Shown here in pieces: positions 43,032-45,445 of a stretch of 45,445 nt of DNA (positions within the stretch are counted from its first letter, which is position 1; each line of letters starts with the position of its first letter). This DNA is from Barthelona sp. PAP020 (Eukaryota). The notes under the pieces were generated by a model. That model worked only from the letters and a program-made list of their open reading frames with translations, was not told the origin of the DNA and did no database searches. The stretch lies in NCBI GenBank assembly GCA_040182905.1, contig JARQWU010000058.1, positions 1-45,445 of the forward strand, in the 5' to 3' direction. A program made the translations under genes and the position numbers.

Positions 43032-45173
43032 TCATTCAATAATAAATTTATGATTGAAAAATCTGTGAACCAACCCAGCTGTTTCCCTATTTTCAAATAA
43101 TTCATTCAACTCATCAATATTCATGTGAATAATTTGATTAAAATTGCTAGTATCCTTTCTTTTCAATCGATTAAGAAATTGCAGATGTGTGGAGGATGAG
43201 ATATTGGGCAAGAACTTAAACATTGCAAAAGTGCTAGCATTATTATTGCCATATAGATCTACATTAGGGTTGGGTAACACTGCAACTAAATCAACAAGTA
43301 TTTCAGCACAATTTTTTGGACCCTTTCCATAGAGCACTTTTAAAGATGGAAATGAAAGAACAACCGATGTTACTTGGTTGTGCAAACGAGTATTTCGTAG
43401 GAAGGCATCAAATCCTTCATATGGCAACTCAATCAGAAGTATGGGTTCAGGGAAAGCTTCGACTAATTCCATCAACTGAGCCTGCAATCTTCCCTTGGTG
43501 ATACTAGATGCCAAGTCACTTAATGTCTTCCTTTCAATTCCACACGTGGGAGAAATAATATAATCTGCTGTTTGTAATCTCGATATTTCAATATTTACAC
43601 CCAATTCATACAAACAATATGGCAATGCACTTCTTGTTTCCCTTGTGTCAACAATGATAACGTCATTGGTTCTGGCTTGTGGCATCTTAAACACAGGTTT
43701 TTCTAGCTTTAATCTACTAGAAACCAAAGATCTAAACGCTTCAGATTCTCTATCACGAATAATTTCAAAATATTGCTTAGAAAATCTAGAAAGTAACAAT
43801 AAATGTAAAATGATTCGTTTTGATCCTTCAAATGCTGCACCATACATTTCTATCTGTCGAAAAGTTCTAATATTTCCATCTATCAAAATCACACAATCTG
43901 GGGCTAAATTTTGTAACAAATCTTGAGATATGTCTTTATTTCCAATGATTATCAATCTATTTGTGTTGATAAATTTTGTTCCTTGTTCAATAAACGGTAT
44001 ATCAAGATCAAAAACAGTAGCAACTGCTTGTCTTTCCGCTTCTACATTTCCGTACAATAAAACATCTCTAAAACAACTGACTTCATTAGAATCACAAATA
44101 ATCAATATCATTTCTCTACCATTTGCTTGTTCCTTTTCAATTAACCGCAAAGCAGCTTCATACTTTGGTTGAGGATCAATGTTTATGATCCGATCTTTAA
44201 GTATTCTTTCTTCGACAACTTTAAGAACATCATTTGCAATAATACTGCTAAACCACAATGGTATTTCCGACGATGGTAATGATTGATATCGTTGAATGAT
44301 TGATCGAACTAAAATATAGGAATCTAAAGAGAAACCTACAAAAACTTGATGGAAGATCCTTCTCAAACATTTCAAACCCAATAATAAATCTTTGGGTACG
44401 TTTTTTATGGATGAATTCAAGGGTAAAAGTAAATCATTTCCCGATAGACTTAAAAATTTTTTTGTTGAATCATTCTCAGGTAAAACATGTTTATACATAT
44501 TTCTCATTGATTTAGCAGTTTCAATCAAAGCATTTTTAACCCGAATTAAGGGTGTACTGCAAGAAATTTCAGTGACAATTGTCTTCACAGGAATAACATC
44601 CAGTGAATTTCTTACACTATTGGTAAACCTACTGAATAGTTCAACCTTTTCCACATGAAAAAAATTGCAAATTTCTTCCAAAGGTTTTGTCGAAAAACTA
44701 GCTGCATTATTGCTAAAAGCATGGATATTGCAATCATTTATGAATCTTTCAAAAAATAAACGACAACAAAAATACCCTATTGGTGTATTCATAAAAATAT
44801 CAGCAGAATTAACTATTAGATAAGGTTTAAAATTATTTAGATTTGTAGGAAGATTATTTAATAATAAATCAGTGGATAATACAGTGGTCGACACTAAAAA
44901 AATACCACCTTTTTCATACAACTTTAATCTCATTGTATTTGTCAAATTGTTTATATCTTGAACATTTAAATTATTTAATCTATGTTTAATAAATGAGTTT
45001 ATCATGAAATTTGATGGCGCATTGAGAAAGAAAATCAAATATTTTGATTCTTTCTTGTCAATAATTCGAAAAAAAGATTCAATAATAAACAAATGGTCCA
45101 ATCCTTCTGCAAAAATATTTAAAGAACTTGTTTTCAATAGATTTTTTAGCGCATTCTGTTGAAATTCCATCAA
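43032..45173 (-). CDS. ERCC4: DNA repair endonuclease XPF/Rad1 (ERCC4)
   Basis: Helicase-like N-terminus (RLKLYEKGGIFLVSTTVLSTDLL); nuclease domain IIVDTRE..LP, ADY, GIERKTLSDL, GRL and PILLIE; HhH-like tail. Confidence 0.93.
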   Translation of the reverse strand: MMEFQQNALKNLLKTSSLNIFAEGLDHLFIIESFFRIIDKKESKYLIFFLNAPSNFMINSFIKHRLNNLNVQDINNLTNTMRLKLYEKGGIFLVSTTVLSTDLLLNNLPTNLNNFKPYLIVNSADIFMNTPIGYFCCRLFFERFINDCNIHAFSNNAASFSTKPLEEICNFFHVEKVELFSRFTNSVRNSLDVIPVKTIVTEISCSTPLIRVKNALIETAKSMRNMYKHVLPENDSTKKFLSLSGNDLLLPLNSSIKNVPKDLLLGLKCLRRIFHQVFVGFSLDSYILVRSIIQRYQSLPSSEIPLWFSSIIANDVLKVVEERILKDRIINIDPQPKYEAALRLIEKEQANGREMILIICDSNEVSCFRDVLLYGNVEAERQAVATVFDLDIPFIEQGTKFINTNRLIIIGNKDISQDLLQNLAPDCVILIDGNIRTFRQIEMYGAAFEGSKRIILHLLLLSRFSKQYFEIIRDRESEAFRSLVSSRLKLEKPVFKMPQARTNDVIIVDTRETRSALPYCLYELGVNIEISRLQTADYIISPTCGIERKTLSDLASSITKGRLQAQLMELVEAFPEPILLIELPYEGFDAFLRNTRLHNQVTSVVLSFPSLKVLYGKGPKNCAEILVDLVAVLPNPNVDLYGNNNASTFAMFKFLPNISSSTHLQFLNRLKRKDTSNFNQIIHMNIDELNELFENRETAGLVHRFFNHKFIIE

Positions 45174-45276
45174 TATTCATCAAAAACACAATAAAAAATT
45201 CTTTTTCTTTTTATTACATATTTTTCAAAAATGTTGCTACCCTTTGATAATAACATTTAATTTATTGATTTATTAA

Positions 45277-45444
45277 TCAAGGAATCCACAATAGCATTTT
45301 GTGACATTGTGCAGCACTTTCACTAACTTTGGCATTGTGATGCCTTTTTAATTGAACGATTTTCTTTTCAAAAGGCTTAAATGCTTCTCTATTCTTTTCT
45401 AACAACGAACAAATACATTTTAAAGAATTGATCAAGATAATAGA
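45277..45444 (-). CDS. 3' end of an armadillo/HEAT-repeat protein, possibly RSPH14-like (partial)
   Basis: The minus strand reads SIILINSLKCICSLLEKNREAFKPFEKKIVQLKRHHNAKVSESAAQCHKMLLWIP*, open from the window edge. Confidence 0.5.
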   Translation of the reverse strand, partial: SIILINSLKCICSLLEKNREAFKPFEKKIVQLKRHHNAKVSESAAQCHKMLLWIP

Positions 45445-45445
45445 G

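Noticed and set aside
1..45445. tRNA, rRNA, snRNA, CRISPR or prokaryotic operon
   Set aside because: I saw no such signatures, and the gene set and introns are eukaryotic.

Overview
AT-rich, gene-dense, almost intron-free eukaryotic DNA, probably from a protist, read in the standard genetic code. Recognisable genes, in order: 3' end of proteasome ATPase Rpt3, an ankyrin-repeat gene broken by one in-frame TAA, a WD40 pseudogene, Sin3, CLASP, a divergent cytoplasmic dynein-1 heavy chain, an ERMP1-like M28 peptidase, exportin-T, squalene synthase, a secreted catalytic-domain-only phytochelatin synthase, Vps55, an NPU-like membrane protein, an intact WD40 protein, a talin-head/coiled-coil protein, XPF, and the 3' end of an armadillo-repeat gene. 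I found two short introns (42 and 37 nt). The most interesting signals are: (1) a WD40 family with a conserved C-terminal domain I cannot assign, present as one intact, one pseudogenised and possibly one relic copy; (2) a dynein-1 whose AAA3 and AAA4 nucleotide sites are degenerate; (3) a talin head without a rod; (4) a prokaryote-style phytochelatin synthase; (5) a possible piggyBac relic. All family calls come from motif recognition by eye; no searches were run.
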